From the human T2T-CHM13v2.0 reference genome, Homo sapiens: 64,000 nucleotides of DNA. Made by a program: the position numbers and the translations under genes. Below, piece after piece: positions 27,201 through 40,655 of this stretch (position 1 is its first letter; each line of letters starts with the position of its first letter). The notes beneath the pieces are model-generated. The model was not told where the DNA came from. It ran no database searches and saw only the letters and a list, made by a program, of their open reading frames with translations. The stretch is from assembly GCF_009914755.1 (NCBI RefSeq), contig NC_060942.1; one strand, given 5' to 3'.

Positions 27201-28411
27201 GAAACAATAATACAATTGATTAATACATACGTGCACTGTAGTGCAAGTGGTAGGTAGGTGCAATGAAAGAGAGCTAAATTTTCACCTTCCACTAGTAGGA
27301 AGCCAATACTAGTGGGAAGCCAATGCCTAAAACTGAAAAATCAAGATGTAGCCATTTACACATGTGATTTAGAAATATGGCTATAAGCACAAAAATTCAG
27401 GAGAAAGAATGGAAAAGAGTAGCTTCTGAAGATGGAGATAGGCTAGGAAAGCAGGGGATTATTGTTTTTCATACGTTTTTAAAAACCATTTGCTAAGAAT
27501 TACTAAAAAACGACAAATAATGAGGCCAAGCCAATATCGCTAAACTTCACTATGCCACGGCTATTTCCACTCTGTTTTTGATAGCAAGAAGTATTAATAT
27601 ATAAATCTCTTTAATGTAAAACAAAGAAAGTGAAGTTGTCGACAGCTACTATTATAAAAACGCTTCTTCAAAACCTACCACTTAGTGTCCCACATCCTCG
27701 GTGACGACACTCCTTCCTACATAAGAGAAACCTAAATATTTTACTTTTCTCAGTCAACTCTGTATTATTCAAGCCACAAAAGAAGGTTGATGATGCAGAA
27801 ACCCTAATAGAATATAACTCAAAAGTCACACGAATGACTTTGCATGCATGCATGTTATTGCTGTGCAGGAAATTTGCCCTACTAAGTATGCATAACTCCA
27901 GCTAACACTTAAATTCTTTGCTTATATACAGATTAGGTTAGGACAAACTATACTAATGGCCCATGGAATAACAGAGCTTAGAAGTAAAAAACTACCTAGA
28001 ATGATAAAACGTAAGCAGCTGACCAGGAGTTAACATTCGTTTTCCCCTTCTATACTCTCAAGGTATGCCCTGCAACTTGAAAAGTGTAAAAGTGACAGGC
28101 AACATAAACATTTTGATTGTTGAGTAACAGGAACTCAAATTTGGCGTGATATTTTCTCCTTAATTTTGCCAGGCCACATGTGAATTTTCATTTACAGGCA
28201 TGACATTGCGCCTGCTTCCCTAACCTGAGCAGAACTGGAGGTAACAGCATCTTAGCCTCAGAAGACCATGAGTCCAATTGTCAGCCCGACCCTCAAACCC
28301 ACCAGCCTACTGGCCTAGGTCAATACAGAATTCCCCTTTATTAATAACCCCTTACAGAATCCCCCTCACAAAAAACAAAAACTTTTGTAGGAAACTAATT
28401 CAATTACAATC

Positions 28412-28722
<311 letters not shown>

Positions 28723-28888
28723 CAAGTGCAATCTTTTTCAAACTGATGGGGCTTAAGGATAGAAGAATATTTTTCACTACATTTCTTTTCATACTTTTTG
28801 ATGTTTGGATTGCCTAAAATTAAATATTTAAGGCACCGAAAAAGGTGGGGTGGGGAGAAAGGCACCTGAGTCTGGCACGTTGTAGAAA

Positions 28889-29067
28889 CAGCACACAGCA
28901 GAGTTTGATCGGGGTTGTGGTGCCTAGGTAAGGCTGGAAGGGAGCTCTGGAAGCCAGGCTGGATGGAGCCTCATGACTTCCCTCAGCACACGGCAGAGTG
29001 TGATCAGGGTTGTGGTGCCTAAGTGAGGCTGGAAGGGAGCTCTGGAAGCCAGGCTGGATGGAGCCTC
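28889..29067. repeat. Tandem duplication, 95-bp period, about 1.9 copies
   Basis: CAGCACAC...AGGCTGGAAGGGAGCTCTGGAAGCCAGGCTGGATGGAGCCTC starts at 28889 and 28984. Confidence 0.92.
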
Positions 29068-29692
29068 GACCTAAGCATGGGTATTAGAAAGATAATCCTG
29101 GGGACGAAATAACTTTAGGGATCAGAACTAGTGGGGACAGATACTCTGTGCTTGGTTATTTGTGCATTGCCTCATGTGAAATCAGGAGCCTGAACTAGAG
29201 CAGTAACAACAAACGTGGAGCCAGTGGGAAGAAGTCAGGAGATATTCAGGGGGTCAAATCAACAAGACTAGAGAACTGCTTCATTGACAAAGGTGAAGGG
29301 AAGAAGGATGGAAATAAGATACAAGGCTTGAGCAACGGTCAGCTTTGGGTTTAGTCCCCATCCCAGGACAAGCCCCACCCACAGCCTCTAACAAGGCAGA
29401 AGGCACTTTGTCCATTGTCTCAGTCTTCTGAAGTGTACTTGGCAAGCATAGCTTTAAGACAAATCTATCCGCACTCATACCTAGGAGCCAGACTGCTCCC
29501 TGGAGCTCCCACCACACTGGGAACTGAGGGATTCAGAACACGACTGGTGAAGCTATATAGAGGCAGGAAGAGACTTGTTTTTGAAAGGGCAGTCTGCCCC
29601 TTCTCCCTCTCAATACATTCCTAGAATAGAGGCTATTGGAGACTGAAGGGTGTGGTTAGAAAGTTGGGAGAGGGATTGCTGAAGATGTAGTA

Positions 29693-30360
<668 letters not shown>

Positions 30361-32962
30361 TGATATTTTGTATATACCTTATTCCGTCTTTACTACTTTC
30401 TGGTCTGTAGCTCTTTTTTCAATTTAGAGTCAATATTTTTCTGTTTGGGCCAAAAGTATTTTTATAGGCCACAAATCACAGTACCTACAATGTCCTGCAG
30501 TGCGTGGCCATTAGAAAGCTGGCGATGACCTCTGCTGAGGCTGATGGGGGTCGCTGATGAGAACACCATGAGGAGGAGCTACAGTCAAGGCCTCAGTTCC
30601 TATCCCAGCCAACTGGTTATGCCCAGCCCAGCCATGACAGATCTCATTTGGGGGTACAGCTGGAGAGAGTGGGTAGCACCACAGAAAGTCACCCCCCTTG
30701 CAAGTCTAAATGCACATGCTGTTGTGAAGTGGGCAAACATGCCCTGCACAAAGGCAGGCCCGCCCGGAACGCATGCACCATTCAGAGTGTAAGGTAGCAG
30801 GGCAGAGATGGACATATGCAGAGAAGTAACTGAAGCACACAAAAGGCCCCTTTAACCTTTTCCAGCTAGCGGTTCAGAAATACACAGGAAACCCTCGATA
30901 TTTGCCGAGTCGTGATTTGTGGTTTCAAACATGCACAAGGCTGCCTGCTTCTCACTCCTCGCCAGCCCACACGACGTGCTGCTGGCAGCCAGGGTGGCAG
31001 ACACACGGCCCATGTGTCTCTACAAAGCTCCCTCAGAGTGGCCTTTTCAGCTGCCCTGATTCCATGACGGGGAGATTCTTCCCCCTCCCCACAAATCCAC
31101 TCATTTTTAACCCCTTATGGTTAGTCACAGATATTATACAATATGTGAACTAGAAGGCAGAGGTCTAAGACACCTAATCTCCACCTTTTCTGGTTCCTTA
31201 CCCATTATCCTCCATTCCACCCCTGTCGAGTGCAATCAGGAAGACTGTCTACTAAGAATAGGCTGCTCTCTTTGGTTAGCACACTGTAGGCTGAACTCTG
31301 ACTGTCAAAAAAGGCTTCTCCATCCATCCCAAGGATAATCAGTACAGTTGTGCTTGACTCAGGACAATCTGCCCTCTTCCCTGGCCCCCACAGCCCCCTG
31401 CTCAACCATCACTAATAGCAAGAATCTTCCACGCTAGATGCTGAAAGGCAGAAATAACAGACAGAGAAGAGCAGAGGGCAAATGCTGAGCGTCCACAGGG
31501 GAAGAACATGCACCAGCCCAAGGTCCAGGTGAACTCGGATGCTAAGCCTATTGCTTCCATCCACTCAGCAAGTACAGTGCGGTAAGCACTGTGGATGTCA
31601 ACAAAGTGGTACTGATACTTGCCAAAGAGATGAATGCCATCTAAGCTGAAGAGACTGGGTTTACCCACAGCGACCATATTTTTCAAACCACACATCAGAG
31701 CCATTCTGGAAAATCCAGCCCATAGAATAGCAGGAGATATACAAAAACAACCTTGAGTGTAGGATGATGGGATGCAGCCATGTATACAGATGTGCTGGGA
31801 GAATGCAATTGGTTACGTGAATAAATTCAAGAGCCACACATTGCCCTGTCTCTGCAAGGACGCTCAGTCAAAGATGCAGAGTTTTGCAACCTAAGATAAT
31901 TGAAAGGAAATTCTAGCCTTATTGTGCTTCATCTCAAAAAAATGTTATCAGACACCACTTGATAACCAATAGAAATATTACTCAAATTGCACTTTCTATC
32001 TTCCCAAGTCTCCCACACCTCTCTGGAGTCTGTCCTTTGCCAAATCTTCCAAACCCTCCCAGATGCCCAGCATGCAGCTACTCTGTTGTCGCTCTGCTTT
32101 CTCACTCCACGGTGCTATAGGAGTAATTAGTTCCAGTGGAATAATCTAGGAAGACTTCTCGGAGTAGGAGGCATGTGTGGTGAATTTCAAAAGATGAGTT
32201 GGATTTTAATAGAAGTGAAGTAAAGAACATTCAGGTTGAGGGGCTACAATAAGCAAAAACCAGGATGGGGAATGACATATCATGTCATGTTCAGGAACAG
32301 CAAAGTAGTTGGAGTCAGGGTATGCAAAGATGCAGAGACAATGAGACTACAGAGGCAATCGAAGTCTGGTCAAGAGTGGATTTGGAGGTCTGGTTTCTGA
32401 ACTCATTGGAGGGTTTTTTGGTAGAAAGGTAAAGTGTGCCGAATAGCATTCCAGGAAGCCCCACTGGGTGGATTAGAGAGGAGGAGACCAGTAAGGAATG
32501 TACTGCATTAATCTACCAAACCAGCCTCCACTTTAATAGATGCTCAAAATGAATGGGGTTTTATTTCTAACAGGCAGTTGTAATGGAGACTACTGGAAAA
32601 CACGGTCATCTGAAATCCACAGATAGCTGCCAGGTCTCATTTTATCATCACTTACAGCTAGCTGCCTCCTACCATGAATCTCTTCCCTGAACTTCACTAA
32701 GTTGCAAAACAGATGAATTTGACCTTCATGTCTCTTTGCCTCTATCTTCCTTTGAGACAGAGAAACTAACATGAAGATGGGCCAGAGAGGAGGTGCAGCA
32801 AGAAGAGGAAATATGAGCCTGGGCACTATAACCTGCATGCACACAGCAAGGGCTAGCTTTATCAGAAGCGGCAAACCAGCTGACAGCAAAACAGAATAAA
32901 CAGTACCATTTGACAAAAAGCATGGTTTTCGCCCTCTATGCTGGTCTAGTTGGCTATGCAGG

Positions 32963-33283
<321 letters not shown>

Positions 33284-33747
33284 TAGGTTTGTTTTATGAG
33301 CCTGTTTGCCTCCCTTCAACTGAAATCCCGGGCACACTTCAGAACTCACTTGAGCCACAAAACCACCCTAATTATCCCTGCCCTCTCTGGTGTCCTTCTG
33401 CTGAACATCTTCAAGACCAGTTTGCCACTTAATCCCAATGCCAAATATAAATACGAATCTATCTTGCATTTTTTTTTCATTTTGTCTCAATGGACATTCA
33501 TCTCTTCTCCCTAGCGAGGAATGTGTTCCTTAATGTCAGGAATTATGTCCTATGTTTCCCGCAGACTTCCCCACAGCACCTAGCAGTGTGTTGGGTATAT
33601 AGAAAGAATGGAATAAACTGTTGCTGAGTAACTGATTGAAAACGTATTTTCAAAATATTGCAGTGCTTATATTTGCTCTCTTTTTTATAATGGGAAATTC
33701 ATGAGAGAAGTTGGCTTTAGCAAACTGATTTTGAAATATTTTATTTA

Positions 33748-33936
<189 letters not shown>

Positions 33937-34340
33937 CTAGTATCACAGAAGTTGGAGCTGGAAGAGAGATATTTGCACAGATCATCTTATATGGAAGTAA
34001 TTGGTAGTACATGGATAGTTGATTGATCTAGAACAAGTAGGGACAAAAAGATTCCTTAGAAGTACAAATCAGTTCTATGTTCTTAAGAGTTCAAAGACTA
34101 CACTCCACCTTGTTCTGTATCGTCTTGTTTACAGGATTAAGTTGACCTCTCCTCTGCCCCCCAGTCTTTATTTGGACCAGGTTCCACTGCAGCCCAACCC
34201 TTCTGAGTCATCACACTTTCTAAATAATTGCCCTGCAGTCTGAACTAATGTGGAAGCCTCGGGCTGTGAGTAGCAGGGTAACTGCAGGCTGCAAAACCAC
34301 ATTCTGTCATTTATTCATGGAGTGATGTTCAGAGCCCTTT

Positions 34341-34342
<2 letters not shown>

Positions 34343-34411
<69 letters not shown>
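34343..34411. repeat. (CT)n(GT)n microsatellite
   Basis: Directly visible. Confidence 0.97.
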
Positions 34412-34412
<1 letters not shown>

Positions 34413-36773
34413 GGGCCTTGTGAGCACCTGAGGGTCTATACCACCCTGTAGATGGGGTTATAGGAGAACAGGGTGAAGGCAGAGGGCTTCAAAGATAGAC
34501 CAAAAAAAAAAAAAAAGTGGATTCAATTCCTGACTCTGCTACTTCCTAATGTGTGACCCAGAGTCAGGCCCTTTACTTTCATGACTCTTGGATTTTTTTT
34601 TTTTTTTTTTGCATTTAAAGGGTTCTTGTAGAGATTGAAAATATGTATAAGCACTTGGCCCAGTGCCTGATACAGGAAAACACCAATAAATGGTTGTAAT
34701 GGGCAGGATTTCTCTTGGGTGTTCCCCAGGGTATACTCATAGCCTCACCCTCCATCCAGGCCACCCTAAGCCCAAACCCCAGCCTGCTCATTACTGAAGA
34801 CCCCAGCTGAAACCACATTCCTGTGCAGTGAGGCTCTCCCTGATAAAAACAAAGAACTGGATCAACACTGGAAAGGAGAACGCTCAGAGGAAAGTGAGCA
34901 ACCATGCCCTGTAAGGCACGATTGAATGTGAAGAGCCCGGTACAGTGCCTGGCACGAAGAGGCACTTGATACATATTTTTGAATGAATTAATGAACTAAT
35001 GCTCTCTGAATTATCTATTTGTGGGTTTCTCTAGACTCCCATCTCCACATCAGGAGATGTCCTATACTTAGCTGGTGTCAGAGGATTTCCAATAGAAAAA
35101 TTTTTTCAGTGTATTTAAAGATGTCACCACTGGTGTCAAATGAAGCTATGGCCGGCCATCCATATGAAGGGACAAGGGCTGGATCGGGAGCCCTGAACGA
35201 AGGAGCATCTGCTGGCTTGTCCTGAGATACCTGTGCTTTTCTGTTTTAATTAAAATCAATAATTATTTTTATCTAACCACAATAGTAATATATCTTCACA
35301 CTAGACAAAATAGAAGATAAAGATAGGCTAAAACAAGAAAATGTTAATAATATTTTAATATTCATTGTTCCAGACTTTTTTAATACATGGATACATTTTA
35401 ATCAAAATGGAATCATACCCCAAAAGTATCATTTTTTGCTTAGTAATTTATTTTGATCATCTTTCCAAAGTACTACATATTCTGCTCCACAGAATTCATT
35501 TCTTTGATCTAGAAAAGAGTGTCATTTTTTAAATTAGTTTTTTAACACACACATATAACAAAAGTAAGACATAAACAAAAAATCCAGACAATATCAAAGG
35601 TGTAAATAAAATGCAAAGCAAAAGCGCCTCCCACTGTCATGCCCAGTCACGGTCCCAAGAGGTAACACTTGGAGCCCAATTTTTAATAGCTGCTGGTGAT
35701 GATTTCCTGTCTGTCACCTGCTTAAAACCTGCCAGCAGCCTCACCTCGAGAGTAAATTCCAGCCCTGACCAGGGGCTTCACTTCTGAGCCTCCACTTCCC
35801 CACAGGTAAAATGAGATGCTGCGTCCCAGCATCGCCAAGGTGTGGTTCCAGCCCCAGCGGGCCACAGTTCTGCCATCCACATGCCTATCTCAAAAGAGAT
35901 TGCATGCTAATCCCTCCAGGGGCACTAAGAGCCTGGTTCCCGTGGCGGCTGGAGAGGGCTGTGCAGTCGCTGGGTCTCCCTCTCCTCTGCCTGAGGGCTT
36001 TGCAATTGACAAAAGACCCTTTCTCTGGCTCCTGCTAATGACTCTTGCATTTACCTTCATGTGCTACAGGGCCAAAATGCATGAAGACAACTGCCATGGG
36101 TGAGAAAGCCACTGAGCTGGCTGCAGCAGACCTGGACTCCAACCCTCCTTCTGCTAATAACTAGTTGTATGGCTTAAAACCTCCAAGTTTCCATTTCCTC
36201 ATCTATAAAATGAAGTGAGTGAACTGGAGCTTCAAAATTCCTTCCAACACTGGTGCTCCACTCCAGAGAAGTAAAACCATGGCATCTGGGTGACCGCCGC
36301 CATGTGACGCAGCAGCCTCAGAACTGAGCCAGCCAAGTGAAGGGACATCCTCTCCACGGGCCCCGGCAGGCTGAAGTGCTGAGCTTGGCTCTACCTAGAA
36401 GATGTCTCTCAGTCTTCTTTATTGTCCAGAACTCCATGAAGTTGTCAATGTTACTCTGATCTTACTCAAGGAGAAAAATGAAGCCCAGAAATCTGAAGTA
36501 ACATGTTCAACTTCAAATGGTCCAGTGGCAGAGCCAGGGTTGAAAGCCCAGTCTATCTGACTGTCAACATTTCTTTCATGCTCTGAGTGGAGTTCATTGA
36601 ATGTTTGATATGCAAGTCAGTCAACTATATTTTCTACAGAATATCAAACCCTTTATTAAATTAACCAGACATGACTTAACGAATTACCATGTTCACAAAA
36701 ATAATACAAAATCAGTATTCTGATCCTCAGCTGTTAACAATCACTGCTTAAGTGAACCCTCCTTCTTTCTACA

Positions 36774-36964
36774 GCTGTGGTTTTCAAACTTGAGAGTTTA
36801 TCAGAACCTCCCAGAAGGCTTGTTGAACTACACGTGGTTGGGTCCACCCCTAGAGTTTCTGATTCAGGTGGTCTGGGTAGGGTGGGACCCCAAAATGCAC
36901 ATCTCTCACGAGATCCCAACAGATGCTGGTGTTGTAGCCTAGGGCCTCGCTTGGAGAACTACTG
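36774..36964. mobile_element. MER5A
   Basis: GTGGTTTTCAAACTTGAG...GAGTTTCTGATTCAG...TTGGAGAACTACTG. Confidence 0.8.
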
Positions 36965-39900
36965 TTCAAGCACTCTTGTCTCTTTGGCTCACCCAGCTTG
37001 TAGAAACTCAAGGAAAGCTCTAAGACCTCAAGCTATCTCCTCAAGAAGTTAAAATTCTTACAGCTTTTCAGTTGTCCCGGCCACAACTGTCATCGTTCAC
37101 TGTGAGGACTTTGCTCCTCTGTTTAGGGTCTGTTGTACCTACTTCTCCTCTCTCTGGCACTCAGTGCAAGGGAGAGCTTGGCTTTCTGCCCCATTCGTTG
37201 GCTTTCTGCTCCACACCAGCTGGCAAAGGCTGAAAGGGAAGGCCTCTAAGTAAGAATCCCAGCAGGGTGAATTCTCTGTGCTGGTCCCTTAAATCAGAGG
37301 GCAAGACTGGTCCCCTTTCAAAGCACAAGATCTTCCCTTCCCACCACACATTGGGTGTCTAATAAATACTTGTATCTACACACAATTGATTTCTTCACCA
37401 ACTTTTTTTAAAGCTTTGAATTCTTAAAGATGAAATGCTCTTTTTTTGTCCCAAAATACAGTTTTTCAGAACTTCCTTTCAAAACACAGAGACACACCCC
37501 AAAAGAATGTAACTGGGATTTAAAATTGTGGTTTCTGCCCAGAAGTCCAAGTGCAAGCTATGGCTGTGTTTCTCTGTTTGGCCTCATTTCTTGCTTGGAG
37601 TTATTAGGTATAATCAAGATTGCTGCTTACTGGATAAAGGCCAAAGTTAGGAAGTTCCGTGCTTGAGCTCCAATCCTTTCAGGATTGCTAAGTGGTAAGA
37701 ACTGCCTGAAAATCAGTGAGTGTTACAGCTCTTTCAGAACTCTTCTAGCAGTTTTTCCAGCTTTTACCAGAATCTCTCCCCTATCCCACAAACAATAAAG
37801 AAATCAGACTGGGAAAGCACAGTGTCCTTACTAAGATTGCTCTGGGCAGCCAAAAATTGCTCTGGAGCCGAGGGAGGGAAGTGCTTTGCAAGAAACCTAT
37901 AAAGGAGAAAAATGGGTATTTGGTGACCTCCATGTTGCCTTTCTGACCTCTTCCTCCAATGCCCACGCTAGGGTCATTCTGGCAGGACAGTGCAGTGAAA
38001 AAGGCCTGGAAAGCTGGGAGACCGCGATCCAGTCTCAGCTCTACTGCTGACCAGTGAGTGTCCCTAGACCTCTTACTTCAGCTCCAGGGACAGTATTTGG
38101 TTGTGTACATATAGAAGATACTGGCCAGGATGACCTCAGAAATTCGCTTCAGCACTGTCTATTAGTGAGAACTGGAAGTGGTTTTCACTAAATATGCTGA
38201 TAACTATGCTTTTTGATGTGACAATACCTTGGCATTTGTGAACTCTTAATAACCAGGGAGGAAATGTTGTTTATCCAAGCCCTGAAGAGCCCACCTGCCA
38301 GGGTGGGACTCGAGTGGAATCAAGCGGGGCCCTGCCCAGAGTATGGCTGCCCCCCAATATCCCCACTCCCACCTCCCCACCCCCCACCCCTGCCATCCCA
38401 CCAGGCCTGCTCCAACCACCACACTTCCTGCCCCCTTGGCTCCCTTCTGCAGGGAAGGTGAAGCTAGATGACGCACTTGCCCGGGCATGAAACAAAGGGA
38501 TTCCTTTCCCTTTTCTTCCCCTTTCTAGAGTCACGGCCTCACCAACACCCTCTCTCCCTGACTGTCTCTCACTATAAAGTCAGTCACTGAATTGTACACC
38601 TAAAACAAAGTGAATTCTATGGCATGTAAATTATTCTTCAATAAAGCTGTTAAAAATGTTAAAAGAATGTCTTAATATAAAGATTTCATTTGATTCTTCT
38701 CTGGTTAAGCTCTGAATCGAAACTAAAGGCATTTTGGTCAGGACACCTTCCAAATGATCACACACATGCATGTATGTGCACATCCACACACACACGCACA
38801 CAGAGGACTATAGCCATCGCCCCTAATTAAAAATAAACCACAAAGGGCAAAATCTGAGAGGCACCAAGATAATCATAACCAACCTGAAATCATCAACCTC
38901 AGGCACCAGAGTCAGGAACCATGCTGCTTCAGTCACTGGAAAATGATGTTTCTTTGCTTTCAGGAAGACGAGACCCTCCCAGATAGCCAAAAAGGCATAG
39001 AGTGCCTAATCTTCAAGGTGCCTTTTGCAGCATTTACTTTCTAATTGAGCATCAAAAGAGCAAAGCAGAGGACACAATGAAGCAATCACTGGCTCCCCTT
39101 CCCAGGCCTGGCCAGTCTCCAGTCTTGGTGGCCCCAGGTCAACAATGCTACAGTGGATTTTGAAGTATTTCTATCACAGCCATTGCACTTGAAAACTTCC
39201 ATAGTTCAGCTATTTAATTCTCCCTACACTGAGATGGGGTAGAATAGACTTCAAGTTGGCATTCTTTTTTTCCTGAACTTCCAAAACCTCCATGTGACCA
39301 TTTTTAAAATGCAGGTGTGTTGTACCTGCAAGACCTTAAGAAATGTCCCAGAAATTTATTTCTGTCCTGCTGCTCTATTTTGTTTGGTCAAATCAAGTGC
39401 TGCCTCTGGCAGATTCTCTAATGATTGATTAGAGGGGGCGGTGTCAGTAGCCGGGTTTTCTAGTGATACTAGCTTGAAAGAGCAATTTCTGAAGAGCTCT
39501 TTGCCTCATTCACAGCGCTCAGCTAAGCCAGAGGTTCAGCAGATGACTCAAGCTGAAGGGTAGGGGGTGAGGGACCCGAACCAGGGAAAGATCAGATGCA
39601 GTGGGTTCATTCATTTTGATAAATCTTTTCTTTTTAATCATCTGTAGTAAGACCATAGTACATTGCACCATGTGTATGATATATTTTGGAAAGGTAACGA
39701 AGTCTGGGAAGTAGGCAGTGTAACTCAGCTCCCAGCTATTAAATCTTTGCTTAGAAGTAGGGTAACGTCAGGGGTTTGTGTGTGTCTGTGTGCGTATGTG
39801 TGTAAAAATTACAAGGCTAATACATTAGCAGGGGCAAAAATTAGCCAGGTTCTACTACTATATTGAGATTTAGAACATCAGAGTACAGTGACTAGATTTT

Positions 39901-40375
39901 TCTGTAGAGATCTTTACAGCTATTTGAAATTATGAACCCATAATATGCAAATGCACGGGGCTAAGAAATACAAATTCTTGGCAGAGACTGAAGATGTTAT
40001 AATGTGTGCTGTAAACGGCGACGCGTATGTGTATAAAATCAGCGCGCACATACTAACTGGTCGATTATCCCCTCTAAAACCACATATAAATTCTCCTGAC
40101 AGGAATTGGAATTTTGCACACATCCCAAGAATGAACTGACTCTTAATGTGCTGTGTGTGTGTGAAGGATGGAGTATTAAAAAGCATCAGGAAGGGTCACT
40201 AAGCTAGGGAAGAGTGCCTGCTGATTCTCCAGCATGACAACAAAGGGTCTGGGGGCTATATTTTCCTCCTGCTCATGGTCATTATAATATTAGTGATAGT
40301 CAATAATATTTACTGAGTTCTGGCCTCTGTGACAGTCACTGTGCTGGGTGCTTTTCATCCATGATCTCGTTTAAG

Positions 40376-40391
40376 GAGAGAGAGAGAGAGA

Positions 40392-40426
<35 letters not shown>

Positions 40427-40563
40427 AGAGGGGTTGGGGGTGATGTGTATGAATGTGGATGTGTGCATGTATGTTCTATTCAAATGTGTGTGTGTGTGTG
40501 TGTGTCAGAGGGGTTGGGGGTGATGTGTATGAATGTGGATGTGTGCATGTGTGTTCTATTCAA

Positions 40564-40602
<39 letters not shown>

Positions 40603-40655
40603 AGAGGGGTTGGGGGTGATGTGTATGAAGGTGGATCTGTGTACTTGTGTTCTAT
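40376..40655. repeat. Compound minisatellite: three copies of an approximately 60-bp unit separated by variable (TG)n, inside a minus-strand MIR
   Basis: CAGAGGGGTTGGGGGTGATGTGTATGAA occurs three times (near 40426, 40506, 40602). Confidence 0.93.

Larger units (their letters stand above)
22760..27475 (+). mobile_element. Nested repeat complex: host L1ME-like element containing an Alu, a MER47 piece, an L1MC-like insert (to about 26080) and an MLT1 LTR (about 26800-27215)
   Basis: L1 5'/ORF1-like A-rich sequence at 22760-24085 resumes near 26085. L1 ORF2 and 3' UTR at 24750-26080. Confidence 0.7.

Noticed and set aside
27472-28065. NUMT or alternative-code gene in the anomalous segment
   Set aside because: Manual translation shows mixed stop types, so single-stop reassignment gives no long frame, and I recognise no mitochondrial gene.
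39428-39445. CTCF-like AGAGGGGGCGG
   Set aside because: The 5' half of the CTCF consensus is missing.
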